From: Phycisphaerales bacterium
GTDB taxonomy: Bacteria; Planctomycetota; Phycisphaerae; Phycisphaerales; SM1A02
Assembly: GCA_022446945.1 (NCBI GenBank)
Contig: JAKVBW010000001.1
Location: 1-58,327 of the forward strand
Length of the DNA: 58,327 bases
Direction: 5' to 3'
Shown: piece after piece, positions 8,791-18,561 of the stretch
How positions within the stretch are numbered: position 1 is the first letter of the stretch
Layout of the letters: each line of letters starts with the position of its first letter
Translations under genes and position numbers: made by a program
Notes under the pieces: model-generated
Database searches by the model: none
Told to the model about the DNA's origin: nothing
What the model saw: only the letters and a program-made list of their open reading frames with translations

Positions 8791-10014
8791 ATGTCGGCGA
8801 ATTATCGCGAGCATATTCTGCCAAACGGCCTGAAGATTGTTGCCGAACTGGATTCGAATGCAGTCTCAGCAGCGATCGGTTTTTTTGTCAGAAGCGGGGC
8901 TCGGGATGAGCCGGCAGAATTGATGGGCATCAGTCATTTCCTTGAGCACATGGTGTTCAAAGGCACCGAGTCGCGAGAAAGCGAAGACATCGATGCCGGA
9001 TTTGATGATCTTGGCGCGCATCACAACGCATGGACGTCACATGAAATCACGGCATTTCATGTGCATTCACTGCCCGATGCATTGTTGCCTGCGTTTGACA
9101 TTCTGGCTGACATCATGCAGCCCGCTCTGCGAGAAAGTGATTTGGATGATGAACGGGGCGTCGTATTAGAAGAGATCGCCATGTATGACGATCAACCTTT
9201 CTGGCAGTTATGGGAGCGCGCCGCAGAGGTTTATTACGACGGGCATCCGATGGGGCATCGCGTTCTCGGGACGCGAGAGACAGTCAGTGCCATTACGGCT
9301 GATTCAATGAGATCTTGGCACGAAGATCGTTATGGAGCAGAGAACATCGTGCTAGCGGCTGCTGGCAGGGTCGACTTCGATGTTTTGTCGGATGCTGTCG
9401 CACGCCAATGTGGACATTGGTCTTCCGGAAGTGCTGATCGGGCGCCATTTGAACATGGGGATTGTGAAGAGGCGTTCACGATGACACGTGCTGATCTGTC
9501 AGCGGCCTACTTGATCGGTTTGGCCCCAGCGCCACCGATGCAAGATCCAAGAAGGCATGCCGCTGCTGTGCTGGCATGGGTGATGGGACGAGGAGACGGT
9601 TCTCGATTGCATTGGGCGCTTGTTGATCAGGGAATTGCTGAGGAAGCGCATACCTCTTATGAGGCACATGATCAATCTGGACAGTTCGTGTCCTGGGCAG
9701 TCTGTCCTCCATCGCGGCTTGCTGAAGTCGAGGCGACAATCCGAACAGTGCATGATGAGTTGGTGGATTCCATTACGGAAGACGATCTGGCAATGGCGCG
9801 TGCGATGCTCCGAACAGCTGCGACTGTTCATGGAGAATTACCTGCGGGCCGCATGCAGCGACTTGGCCGTTTGCAGACAACGCTGGGCATCTACAGATCG
9901 CTCGAAGAAGATCTTGAGGCGATTGACGCGATTACTTTGGATGACTTGCGGGATGTCGCGGATGCATGGCCCACGACTCCGCGTGTGACTGCACAAATGG
10001 TGCCCTCAGATTAA
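8791..10014 (+). CDS. M16 (pitrilysin/insulinase) family zinc peptidase
   Basis: HFLEHMVFKGT carries the inverted HxxEH zinc motif, and LPNGLKIVAE is a typical M16 N-terminus. The start is taken at ATG 8791, after the recO stop. Confidence 0.85.
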   Translation: MSANYREHILPNGLKIVAELDSNAVSAAIGFFVRSGARDEPAELMGISHFLEHMVFKGTESRESEDIDAGFDDLGAHHNAWTSHEITAFHVHSLPDALLPAFDILADIMQPALRESDLDDERGVVLEEIAMYDDQPFWQLWERAAEVYYDGHPMGHRVLGTRETVSAITADSMRSWHEDRYGAENIVLAAAGRVDFDVLSDAVARQCGHWSSGSADRAPFEHGDCEEAFTMTRADLSAAYLIGLAPAPPMQDPRRHAAAVLAWVMGRGDGSRLHWALVDQGIAEEAHTSYEAHDQSGQFVSWAVCPPSRLAEVEATIRTVHDELVDSITEDDLAMARAMLRTAATVHGELPAGRMQRLGRLQTTLGIYRSLEEDLEAIDAITLDDLRDVADAWPTTPRVTAQMVPSD

Positions 10015-10024
10015 ACCTGCTGTT

Positions 10025-11515
10025 TCAGGCGTTGAGGACGCGCCCTTCCACTCCCAGCGCGGCTTCATGCAGCGCTTCGGCCATTGTGGGATGTGCGTGC
10101 ATCGTTGAAATGATGTCTTCAGCAGTCGCTTCCAATCGGATCGCCAGACAAAACTCGTGAATGAGCTCACTCGCGTCCTTGCCGATGATGTGTGCGCCAA
10201 GAATTTCTCCATAAGGCTCACTGGCAACAACTTTCACAAATCCTTCAGCAGCCCCGGTGGCGATCGCTTTCCCCAAAGCAGTCAATGGGTACTTCCCGAT
10301 TTTGACATCATGCCCTGCTTCACGAGCCGCGGCTTCAGTGAGACCCACTGAGGCAATCTGGGGACTCGTATAGGTGCAACCAGGGATGGCTGCATAGTCC
10401 ACTCCCAGCGTGTGATGTCCTGCAAGCCTTTCGACGCATGTGACAGCTTCTTCACTGGAGACATGCGCAAGCCAGGGCGGGCCGATGACATCGCCGATGG
10501 CGTAGACGCCTGGAACAGACGTTTCATAGGTCGGCTCATCAACGTCTTGATAGGCCACCTTGATATGACCACGATCAATCTCAACTTGTAAATCATCGGC
10601 GAACAGACCATCGAACCTACCGGCGACGCCTACGGCAACCAAGACGGCATCACCGTCCAGTGTCTCAGTCTTTGATTCGTCATTCACGTCAGCGATTGTG
10701 ACGGTGACCCCAGTATCAGTCTTTTCAATTGAGGTCGTCACATGTCCCGGTTTGAATTGAATGCCCTGTTTCTTGAACAGCTTCAATGCTTCTTTCGAAA
10801 CTTCTTCATCTTCTACCGGGACGATGCGATCGAGCATTTCAATCACCGTGACGGATGTTCCCATGGCGTTGTAGAAGTAGGCGAATTCCATTCCAATAGC
10901 GCCACTCCCCACAACAATGAGTTTCTCCGGTCGTTCAGGCATCACCATGGCGTCCTGTGAACTCAGGATGCGCTCATGGTCAAATGGTGCAAATGGGAGC
11001 TCGCGGGGCGCGGCCCCGGTTGCAATGATGATTCGGTCGGCGGTGATCTGTTCGGTGACAGATCCACCAGTGCCGTGGTAGTAGTCCTCTTCAGGCTGCA
11101 GAACATCGATTTGGCAAGGCGCATCCGCTTTGCGGCCGCTCATGATCCGGGCATGACCCTGAATGTGCTCAATCCCATTCTTTTTCATCAGGAAGCCGAC
11201 GCCTTTATTCAATTTTGAGGCGACCCCACGACTCCGCTGAACGATGGCTGGCCAATCCTGGCTCACATCCTTGAACTGAATCCCCCATTCCTGGCCATGC
11301 GTCACTGCCTCAGACCAGAGTTCAGCATTGTGCAGGAGCGCCTTGCTCGGGATGCAGCCCCAGTTGAGACAGACCCCCCCCAGCTTGTCCCTTTCGATGA
11401 TGCCAGTCTTGAGGCCAAGTTGTGCGGCTCGGATAGCGCCGACATATCCGCCGGGGCCACCTCCGATGACGACCAGATCAAAGTGTTTTGCGTCTGACAC
11501 AATCGGAACTCCCAT
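10025..11515 (-). CDS. lpdA: dihydrolipoyl dehydrogenase (E3)
   Basis: FDLVVIGGGPGGYVGAIRAAQLG is the FAD-binding motif and GGVCLNWGCIPSKALL is the redox disulfide CxxxxC. HAHPTMAEALHEA is the C-terminal interface His-Pro motif. The start is taken at ATG 11515. Confidence 0.9.
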   Translation of the reverse strand: MGVPIVSDAKHFDLVVIGGGPGGYVGAIRAAQLGLKTGIIERDKLGGVCLNWGCIPSKALLHNAELWSEAVTHGQEWGIQFKDVSQDWPAIVQRSRGVASKLNKGVGFLMKKNGIEHIQGHARIMSGRKADAPCQIDVLQPEEDYYHGTGGSVTEQITADRIIIATGAAPRELPFAPFDHERILSSQDAMVMPERPEKLIVVGSGAIGMEFAYFYNAMGTSVTVIEMLDRIVPVEDEEVSKEALKLFKKQGIQFKPGHVTTSIEKTDTGVTVTIADVNDESKTETLDGDAVLVAVGVAGRFDGLFADDLQVEIDRGHIKVAYQDVDEPTYETSVPGVYAIGDVIGPPWLAHVSSEEAVTCVERLAGHHTLGVDYAAIPGCTYTSPQIASVGLTEAAAREAGHDVKIGKYPLTALGKAIATGAAEGFVKVVASEPYGEILGAHIIGKDASELIHEFCLAIRLEATAEDIISTMHAHPTMAEALHEAALGVEGRVLNA

Positions 11516-11670
11516 TGGGGCTGGGCTGCTTGAAAGGGGCGGGCACGGCCCTCGGAAAAACGGGGATTCTACCTGAGCCAGACAGGGCTCGCCGTCAAGA
11601 TTGACGCCCCCTCTTCCCGGCACGTAGGATTCGCGGTCACCCCATCTAAGGGGCAGGAACAGGACGTACC

Positions 11671-12435
11671 GTGCGGACAGCACTGATCAGTGACATTCAC
11701 GGCAATCTTGAGGCGTTGAATGTCGTTTTCGATGACATTGATCGCCAGTCAGTGGACCGGACGATCTGCCTCGGCGACATTCTGGGCTACGGTCCTGACC
11801 CAGTCGCATGTGTCGATCTTGTGGCGGAGCGTTGTGAATGGTCGCTGATGGGCAACCATGACTACGGAGCGCTTTACGAGCCGACCAACTTCAACGCTGC
11901 TGCCGAACAGGCGGCCTATTGGACGCGTGCGCAACTCGAGCTTGAAGAAGATGAAGAAGCGGCGCAGAGGCGATGGGATGTCTTGGGCCGACTCCTCGTG
12001 CGCACCAAGTTCGACGATTTTCTCTGCGTTCATGGCTCGCCTCGCCGTCCCATCAATGAATACATCTTCCCGGAGGATGCGATCAATTCCCGGACGAAAA
12101 TGAAGATGCTCTTCGATCACATTCAGGCCAACTGTTTGGTCGGTCATACACATTGGCCGGGTGTCTTCACCGATGAACCCGAGTTCTACGGGCTCGAGGA
12201 CATGGATGACAACACATGGAAGATCACCGGTGAAGAGAAGTGCATCATCAATCCTGGATCTGTGGGCCAGCCCCGGGATATGGATCCCCGCGCGAGTTAC
12301 GCAATCCTTGATGGCGACGCACGCACAGTTCAGTTTTTCCGACTTCCCTATGACGTGGAATCGGTTGTAAACAAGATCTATGCGATCCCTGAGCTCACCA
12401 ATTGGCTAGGCGATCGCCTTCGCGAGGGACGCTGA
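11671..12435 (+). CDS. metallophosphoesterase family protein (YfcE/MJ0936-like)
   Basis: Motifs seen are ISDIHGN, CLGDILGYGPDP, GNHD, VHGSP and GHTH. The start is GTG. Confidence 0.8.
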   Translation: MRTALISDIHGNLEALNVVFDDIDRQSVDRTICLGDILGYGPDPVACVDLVAERCEWSLMGNHDYGALYEPTNFNAAAEQAAYWTRAQLELEEDEEAAQRRWDVLGRLLVRTKFDDFLCVHGSPRRPINEYIFPEDAINSRTKMKMLFDHIQANCLVGHTHWPGVFTDEPEFYGLEDMDDNTWKITGEEKCIINPGSVGQPRDMDPRASYAILDGDARTVQFFRLPYDVESVVNKIYAIPELTNWLGDRLREGR

Positions 12436-12438
12436 AGC

Positions 12439-14724
12439 ATGTCTCAGCCTGCCGGCTCGAAAGATCCGCGTGCGATAGCAGCTGCGCGGCTCCGCAGACT
12501 GATTCCCATGGCGGTTGGCCTCGTCATTGTGCTGGTGGTGGCGCTCATTGCGTTCGGGCCTCGCTCTGGTCGCGGTGTCGATGCAGTCGTGAAGACATCC
12601 GAGGCCTCAGCCCCGACGGAGACATCGGCGCAAGCAGCGCCAAGTAACGTCGACACCGCCTCTACCCCATCGTCGCCCACTCCGGCTCCGGCACCTCCCG
12701 AAGCTAAGCCCGCCAGCGATCAGGGTCCAACTGGCGAAGCACATTCTTTGAATGGTCTGCATGTCAAGCAGGTTGCAATTGATGGAGCCGCGATCACGCC
12801 ATTGGGCAGTTTGGAAGATCCATCGGCTGCAAAGATGCAGGTGCAACTCACCCGTCAGGGCGCAGGGATTGTTGAAATTCCGTTCACTGACATTTGGACG
12901 ACTGCAGCAGCAAGACGGCAAGCGGCGAACTGGTATGCAGCGAAAGCCAGTGCGCAGACCGAAGGCATCACACCTCCTTTGGAAGATGATCGGTATGTCC
13001 TTGCAAGAGAGTCACAGGTACCCATCGGCGATCAACTGGTCACCATTCCGCTGCTCTCTGCAAGAAGTCTCACAGTCAACGGCACAGAACTCAATCTCGT
13101 ACCTGCGAGTTGTTGGCAGGCTGCTGGACCGGGCGCATTCATTGCTGAAATCAGAAATGACCAGAATGAAGCGGTGGCGCGAGTTCATCGGAAGTATTCG
13201 CTCAACGACTGGGACATTCTTCTTGAGCAACATGTCGAGAATCTGTCTGGCACCAATCTGTCCATTCGTTGGTCTCAGTACGGGCCACCGAATCTGGAGG
13301 CGGATCGGAGCCGGTACATGGATCGCCGGCGATTTAGATATGGCTGGCTTCTAGGGCCGAAACTGGACCCCGATCGCTTAGCGGGTGTTGTTGCAGATGG
13401 CTCACAGCTGCTTGAGCTGACTGATGTTGCGAGTGAGTCAGCCAGTTCTGTCTTGTGGCCCAATGAAGATGCGGTCGCTGAAGGCTTCGAGTTGTCCTGG
13501 TTTGCATCCACCAATCGGTACTTCGCGCTGGCCATTCACCCGACGGAGTCACCGACCGGCCATCTGGATCTCTCACTTCAGTCCGTTGTGGGGGAGATCA
13601 CTCGGCTTTCTGCAAAGATCGACGATGAAGTCGTCATTTTGACGGGCCTAGCCTGGCCTGCGCGCAACGCACCGGATCTTGTTCTTGCTCCAGGTGAGGC
13701 CAAGTCACTTTCCATGGGCATCTACGCCGGGCCGACGACGGAGCGCATTCTGGGCGAGGAAGAGCCCTATGTGGCGCTTCACATGGACGGTCTGATTCTG
13801 TATCAGATGTCGAGTTTTTGCGCCATCTGCACATTCCAGTGGCTCGCACACCTGCTTCTGGCTGTGCTGGCATTCTTCGACCACTGGGTTGTGTTCGATT
13901 GGGGGGTCGCAATCATTTTGTTGGTGGTCTGCGTACGTGCGCTATTGCATCCCATCACGCGACGCAGCCAGATGGGAATGCAGAAGTTCGGCAAGCAGAT
14001 GCAACGCCTGAAGCCGGAGATCGACAAGCTTCAGAAGAAGCACGGCGGCGATCGCAAGAAAATGCAGGAAGAGCAGATGCGTCTCTTTCGAGAACACGGC
14101 ATCAATCCACTGCAAATGCTGGGCTGTTTGCCAATGTTTCTGCAGATGCCGATTTGGATCGCTTTGTATGCAGCGCTCTACTTCTCATTCGACCTTCGTC
14201 AACAGCCTGCGTTCTGGGGTGTTTTTCAGGAATTCGGTGGCTGGCCATTTCTCGCCGATCTGGCTTCTCCCGATCACTTCTTCTGGGAAGCATCTGAGCC
14301 GTTCCATTTCTTCTTGTGGAACATCACCGGCATCAATTTGTTGCCGTTGCTCATGGGTTTGATCTTCTTCTTCCAACAGAAGTACATGACCCCTGCAACC
14401 AGCATGTCCCCTGAGCAGGAAACGCAGCAGAAGATCATGCGCATCATGATGGTTGTGCTGTTTCCGATCATGCTCTACAGCGCGCCATCGGGCCTGACGC
14501 TGTACATCCTGACTTCCAGCAGTATCGGCATTCTTGAAAGCCGCCATATCCGCAAGCAGGTGGATGCAATGGATTTCGATATGCCCACCCGACAAGCGCA
14601 ACCTGCTCGGGCAGCCAGCAAGGCTGCGAAGGACCCTCAGAGTCGGGCCTATGCCAAGATGATGGAGCGGCGCAACAAGAAGAAGAACCGCGGACCAGAG
14701 AAGCGGTTCAAAAAGCGCAAGTAG
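12439..14724 (+). CDS. yidC: membrane protein insertase YidC (long form with a large periplasmic domain)
   Basis: The C-terminal core reads LHPITRRSQMGMQKFGKQMQRLKPEIDKLQKKHGGDRKKMQEEQMRLFREHGINPL...GCLPMFLQMPIWIALY. It has an N-terminal TM anchor, a Pro/Ala-rich linker and a basic C-tail. mnmE follows immediately. Confidence 0.9.
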   Translation: MSQPAGSKDPRAIAAARLRRLIPMAVGLVIVLVVALIAFGPRSGRGVDAVVKTSEASAPTETSAQAAPSNVDTASTPSSPTPAPAPPEAKPASDQGPTGEAHSLNGLHVKQVAIDGAAITPLGSLEDPSAAKMQVQLTRQGAGIVEIPFTDIWTTAAARRQAANWYAAKASAQTEGITPPLEDDRYVLARESQVPIGDQLVTIPLLSARSLTVNGTELNLVPASCWQAAGPGAFIAEIRNDQNEAVARVHRKYSLNDWDILLEQHVENLSGTNLSIRWSQYGPPNLEADRSRYMDRRRFRYGWLLGPKLDPDRLAGVVADGSQLLELTDVASESASSVLWPNEDAVAEGFELSWFASTNRYFALAIHPTESPTGHLDLSLQSVVGEITRLSAKIDDEVVILTGLAWPARNAPDLVLAPGEAKSLSMGIYAGPTTERILGEEEPYVALHMDGLILYQMSSFCAICTFQWLAHLLLAVLAFFDHWVVFDWGVAIILLVVCVRALLHPITRRSQMGMQKFGKQMQRLKPEIDKLQKKHGGDRKKMQEEQMRLFREHGINPLQMLGCLPMFLQMPIWIALYAALYFSFDLRQQPAFWGVFQEFGGWPFLADLASPDHFFWEASEPFHFFLWNITGINLLPLLMGLIFFFQQKYMTPATSMSPEQETQQKIMRIMMVVLFPIMLYSAPSGLTLYILTSSSIGILESRHIRKQVDAMDFDMPTRQAQPARAASKAAKDPQSRAYAKMMERRNKKKNRGPEKRFKKRK

Positions 14725-14743
14725 CCATTGGCCGTCCTTTCTC

Positions 14744-16045
14744 ATGGACACGAGAAGTACGATCGTTGCGATCTCATCACCACCTGGGCCTTCGCCCATT
14801 GGCATCGTTCGGTTGAGCGGTACATCGATCGCCCCCCTCTTGGCGGACCACTGTCCTGACATCGATGTGTCTAGTCGTGGCGTTCGATCCGCTCGATTGG
14901 AAATGAGCAGCTTCGAAGTTCCGGCGATCATCCTCTGCATGCCTGAACCGCGTTCCTTTACTGGAGAAAGCGTGGTGGAACTGCAGGTGCCGGGCAATCC
15001 CTTCTTGCTCGATCAGATTGTCGAGGAACTGATCAACAGTGGAGTGCGGCGCGGGCTGACAGTTCGAAGAGCTGTTGCGGGTGAATTCACCTATCGAGCC
15101 TGGCTACACGGCAAACTTTCACTCGATCAGGCTGAGGGGATCGCCGCTTTGATAGCGGCTTCCTCAGACGAAGAATGCAATGCGGCCAATCGCATGGTGA
15201 ATGGCGAGACGGGCCAACAACTGCGAACGACTGCAGAAGAACTCGCCCACCTCCTGGCCCAGATTGAAGCGGGCATTGACTTTGCCGACGAAGAGGATGT
15301 GGTGCTGCTGACTGTTGAAGAACTCCGTCAGGCGATTCAGAATCTAATCAGCAGGCTCTCGCATCTGCTCTCAGCATCGACTGGCGAAGTCTCCGTGGAC
15401 GCCAGTCCGCGGGTCGTTCTTCGAGGGCCTGCCAACGCCGGAAAGTCGACACTCTTCAATGCGATCCTTCAGAAGGAGCGGATGGTCACGCATGAAGTTG
15501 TGGGGACGACCCGTGATGTGGTTGAAGAACATGTGCTACTTGATGGACTGGATGTCCTCCTGATTGATACGCCGGGGGATGAGAACGAGGCCGATGTTTC
15601 TGCTGTGAGAGCAGAAAGCGAATCGGACATCATCCTGTGGTGCGACCCTGAAGGGAATGCGCCCGAGGGAACCGTGTCTGTCAGAACGAAACGGGATCTC
15701 GCGCCGAACCCGGGTTCACCTCCGGCGTTCGTTTGCGCATTTGATCGTCATGATGTGGAGTCCCTTCGACAGGGAGTGGCCGCCGCGATTCGTTCGAGAG
15801 CGCGAGCTGGGGAGTTATTGGGAGCATCGCTTCGTCAGCGAGGTTTAATGCGATCCGCTGTCGGGGCACTCTCAGAAGCACAAGAGGTGGTCGCATTAGA
15901 CGATCCCAACAAGGGTGCATCGCGACCTGCAGAAGCCGCAGCGCTGTTGAGATTGGCACTCGACGATATTGGCGCGGTGACGGGAGAGATCCCCCCGGAC
16001 GATGTCCTTGGTTTGGTATTTTCAGGATTCTGCATCGGCAAGTAG
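14744..16045 (+). CDS. mnmE: tRNA modification GTPase MnmE (TrmE)
   Basis: The N-terminus reads TIVAISSPPGPSPIGIVRLSG, the G1 motif is GPANAGKSTLFN, and the extreme C-terminus is FCIGK. It shows the conserved yidC-mnmE synteny. Confidence 0.9.
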   Translation: MDTRSTIVAISSPPGPSPIGIVRLSGTSIAPLLADHCPDIDVSSRGVRSARLEMSSFEVPAIILCMPEPRSFTGESVVELQVPGNPFLLDQIVEELINSGVRRGLTVRRAVAGEFTYRAWLHGKLSLDQAEGIAALIAASSDEECNAANRMVNGETGQQLRTTAEELAHLLAQIEAGIDFADEEDVVLLTVEELRQAIQNLISRLSHLLSASTGEVSVDASPRVVLRGPANAGKSTLFNAILQKERMVTHEVVGTTRDVVEEHVLLDGLDVLLIDTPGDENEADVSAVRAESESDIILWCDPEGNAPEGTVSVRTKRDLAPNPGSPPAFVCAFDRHDVESLRQGVAAAIRSRARAGELLGASLRQRGLMRSAVGALSEAQEVVALDDPNKGASRPAEAAALLRLALDDIGAVTGEIPPDDVLGLVFSGFCIGK

Positions 16046-16219
16046 CGTGTGCGGGGGATCTCTCGTGGATCTGGCACACGGATCTAGCCACGATCGTCGT
16101 GGAGTCAGCGGCTCTAAATGAAGGCCTGGGTACGCGCAGTTTGCGATGCACTTTGCAGATGCAGCGTCTGCAGTATGTCTGTCACGACTTGAAGATCACC
16201 GCATTGATGCTCACAATGG

Positions 16220-16630
16220 ATGTGGATGACCATGTCGTTGCATCAATTGCCGATTCGAGTGCGTTATGTCGAGTGCGACCCGATGGGAGTCGCGCATCAC
16301 ACTGCCTATCCAGTCTGGTTTGAAATGGGGCGGACCGAATTGTTGCGGAGTTGCGGCGGAAACTATGCCGAACTCGAACGTGAAGGTGTGATGCTTGCTG
16401 TCGTCACGCTTGGTGTGACCTACAAGCAGCCAGCGTTCTATGACGATGAACTCACGTTGGAAACGACGATCGATTCATGTGGTCGTGTCAAGATTGAACA
16501 TTCCTATGTGCTGAAGCGTGACGAAGACATTCTTGCCACAGGCAGGACGGTCCTGGCATGTCTTGATCAGGAAGGCCGGCCCCGCGAAGTTCCTGAATTG
16601 CTGCAAGAGATGTTTTCCACCAATAAGTAG
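16220..16630 (+). CDS. acyl-CoA thioesterase, 4HBT/YbgC hot-dog family
   Basis: IRVRYVECDPMGVAHHTAYPVWFEMGRTELLR fits the YbgC-type pattern. The start could be ATG 16232. Confidence 0.8.
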   Translation: MWMTMSLHQLPIRVRYVECDPMGVAHHTAYPVWFEMGRTELLRSCGGNYAELEREGVMLAVVTLGVTYKQPAFYDDELTLETTIDSCGRVKIEHSYVLKRDEDILATGRTVLACLDQEGRPREVPELLQEMFSTNK

Positions 16631-16682
16631 TAGGGCGCGCTGGACAGTCTCAGTTGAGACGTCGTGTCAACACCCGTCTTAT

Positions 16683-17084
16683 TCAGTCGCCGTAGCGCGA
16701 TTCAATCTTGCCAGTGCGCACTTCCACTTTTGTGAGGGTCACCTCACATGCTGACCGGAGCGTTGCCAAAAGCCCGCTGCGGAGCAGCCGATCAAGTTGA
16801 AAGGCGGTTGCGGCAGACCCTGCCTTGACGCGGGCCACGCCGCCACGCATGTGTTCGACACGGCAATTGGATGCAATGTGCGCCGGGACGCATGTACTCC
16901 ATGCATCTGCAAACGCACCTGCCCGGCGTTCTGTTTGTCGCCATTGGCGAGCCAGTGCCGGCATGAGATCATCCATGGACTTTGTCCGTGATTTGCGAAC
17001 ACGCCACTGGCGGAGATCTTCAATGTGTTGAGCTGTGGGGGGCACGGCACTCATGCTATCGGCTTTCATGAGGGGTTTGCGCAA
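16683..17084 (-). CDS. DUF721 / DciA-like protein (putative replicative-helicase operator)
   Basis: The C-terminal half HMRGGVARVKAGSAATAFQLDRLLRSGLLATLRSACEVTLTKVEVRTG fits the DUF721 pattern (x-G-x-L-x-V-x-V-x-S-x-x-W-x-x-E-L ... I-x-F) only loosely. The product is 133 aa. Confidence 0.5.
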   Translation of the reverse strand: MRKPLMKADSMSAVPPTAQHIEDLRQWRVRKSRTKSMDDLMPALARQWRQTERRAGAFADAWSTCVPAHIASNCRVEHMRGGVARVKAGSAATAFQLDRLLRSGLLATLRSACEVTLTKVEVRTGKIESRYGD

Positions 17085-17171
17085 GCTTGCAGCGTCCTGG
17101 AACGGGGGTCTGTCAAAGTTGACACAGCAGGCATCAGCCCCCCACCGACCGACGCTTGTATGCTCCCCGCC

Positions 17172-18254
17172 ATGACAACGATCCGGATGGAAAAGTTGGC
17201 CAAGCGGTACGGCAACGTCGAGGCTGTGCGTGGGATTGATCTGACGATTGAGTCAGGGGAGCTCTTCTTTTTGCTGGGGCCCTCAGGATGTGGCAAAACG
17301 ACCCTGCTGAGGATGCTGGCAGGCTTTTTGGAGCCCACAGGTGGACGGCTCTTCTTTGATGATCGTGATGTGACCCAATTGCCTGCCAACAAACGCCAGG
17401 CGGGCATGGTGTTCCAGAGCTATGCGTTATGGCCTCACATGAGCGTGAAGCAGAATGTGGGATATGGGCTGGATATCCGGAAAGTGAGCGGTGCTGACAA
17501 AGAGAGGCGTGTCAATACTGCGTTGGAGACCGTTCAAATGGGCCATTTGGGGGATCGGCGGCCTAATGAACTCTCAGGCGGGCAGCAACAGCGGGTCGCG
17601 TTGGCACGCGCTTTGGTGGTAGAGCCCAGTGTGGTGCTTCTCGATGAGCCCCTATCGAATCTGGATGCCCGGCTCCGTCAATCGATGCGGAGTGAGATTC
17701 GTCGTATTTGCAAGGAGCATGGGCTGACAGGTGTCTATGTCACCCACGATCAGGAAGAAGCCCTTTCGATGGCGGATCGCATTGCACTGCTGCGTGAGGG
17801 CCAGATTCAACAATCGGGCACTCCCGAAATGCTCTATTCCCGCCCCAATACTAGGTTTACAGCCGAGTTCCTCGGAGAGACCAACCTTGTTGATGCCACC
17901 ATTCACGCGGCCACGGGCAATGGCGTCGAATTAGACACACCTCTGGGCCGGCTTTCCTCCACGGCCCTGCCGACAGATCTTCCCGAAGCCGGGAATGTCA
18001 CCTGCTCGATCAGGCCCGAGTCTCTCAGGCTCATTGACCAGGAGACGTCACACTCCCCCGCCGCTGCGATCGTGACCGGGCAAGTCCAAGAGCGGATGTT
18101 CCTTGGGGAGCGATGTAGGCTGACCATTTCTTGTGGGGATGCGGCAACCCCCCTCCATGTTCTGGAGATCGGCGCAGAAGCCGAAAAAACACGACAGAAC
18201 GCCAACGTACGCATGGCGATCGAGCCAGAAGACGTCGTCGTCTTGTCAGATTGA
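17172..18254 (+). CDS. ABC transporter ATP-binding protein (PotA/FbpC/MalK-like importer ATPase with a C-terminal TOBE-like domain)
   Basis: Motifs seen are LLGPSGCGKTTLLRMLAG (Walker A), LSGGQQQRVALARAL (signature) and VLLDEPLSNLD (Walker B). The start is taken at ATG 17172 (MTTIRMEKL). No permease or binding-protein gene is adjacent. Confidence 0.85.
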   Translation: MTTIRMEKLAKRYGNVEAVRGIDLTIESGELFFLLGPSGCGKTTLLRMLAGFLEPTGGRLFFDDRDVTQLPANKRQAGMVFQSYALWPHMSVKQNVGYGLDIRKVSGADKERRVNTALETVQMGHLGDRRPNELSGGQQQRVALARALVVEPSVVLLDEPLSNLDARLRQSMRSEIRRICKEHGLTGVYVTHDQEEALSMADRIALLREGQIQQSGTPEMLYSRPNTRFTAEFLGETNLVDATIHAATGNGVELDTPLGRLSSTALPTDLPEAGNVTCSIRPESLRLIDQETSHSPAAAIVTGQVQERMFLGERCRLTISCGDAATPLHVLEIGAEAEKTRQNANVRMAIEPEDVVVLSD

Positions 18255-18380
18255 CCGCCAGGGCGGCCTTGTCGCCCCATTTGGCCGTGGAAATGGTTCT
18301 GGACCAGCTTTGCTGGTTCTGTTGCGCCGCCTTCACGGGATGGGTTCTGCTCAATCGGGTTCTCGGACTTCCGGGCAGTT

Positions 18381-18396
18381 TGTGTCACGTGAAACC
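18381..18396. promoter_or_regulatory. parS: parS-like centromere site (14/16 match to TGTTTCACGTGAAACA)
   Basis: The sequence is tgtgtcacgtgaaacc, a palindromic core CACGTG flanked by GT/AAAC arms, about 165 nt upstream of the parB start. Confidence 0.7.
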
Positions 18397-18458
18397 TCCC
18401 CTGTCCCCTGCCGCCAATAGGATCACTTGCTTTCTCGAGTTGTGAATGTTCCGGGTGG

Positions 18459-18474
18459 CGTTTCACGTGAAACA
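18459..18474. promoter_or_regulatory. parS: parS centromere site (15/16 match to TGTTTCACGTGAAACA)
   Basis: The sequence is cgtttcacgtgaaaca, with a perfect 14-bp palindrome GTTTCACGTGAAAC, about 90 nt upstream of the parB start. Confidence 0.85.
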
Positions 18475-18561
18475 CGGGTACAACACACAGGCAGCGAGAG
18501 CTCGGCATGGATCTCTTGCTCATCTAGAAGTGGAATTGCTAAGCGTAAGGAGACGCTGAAA

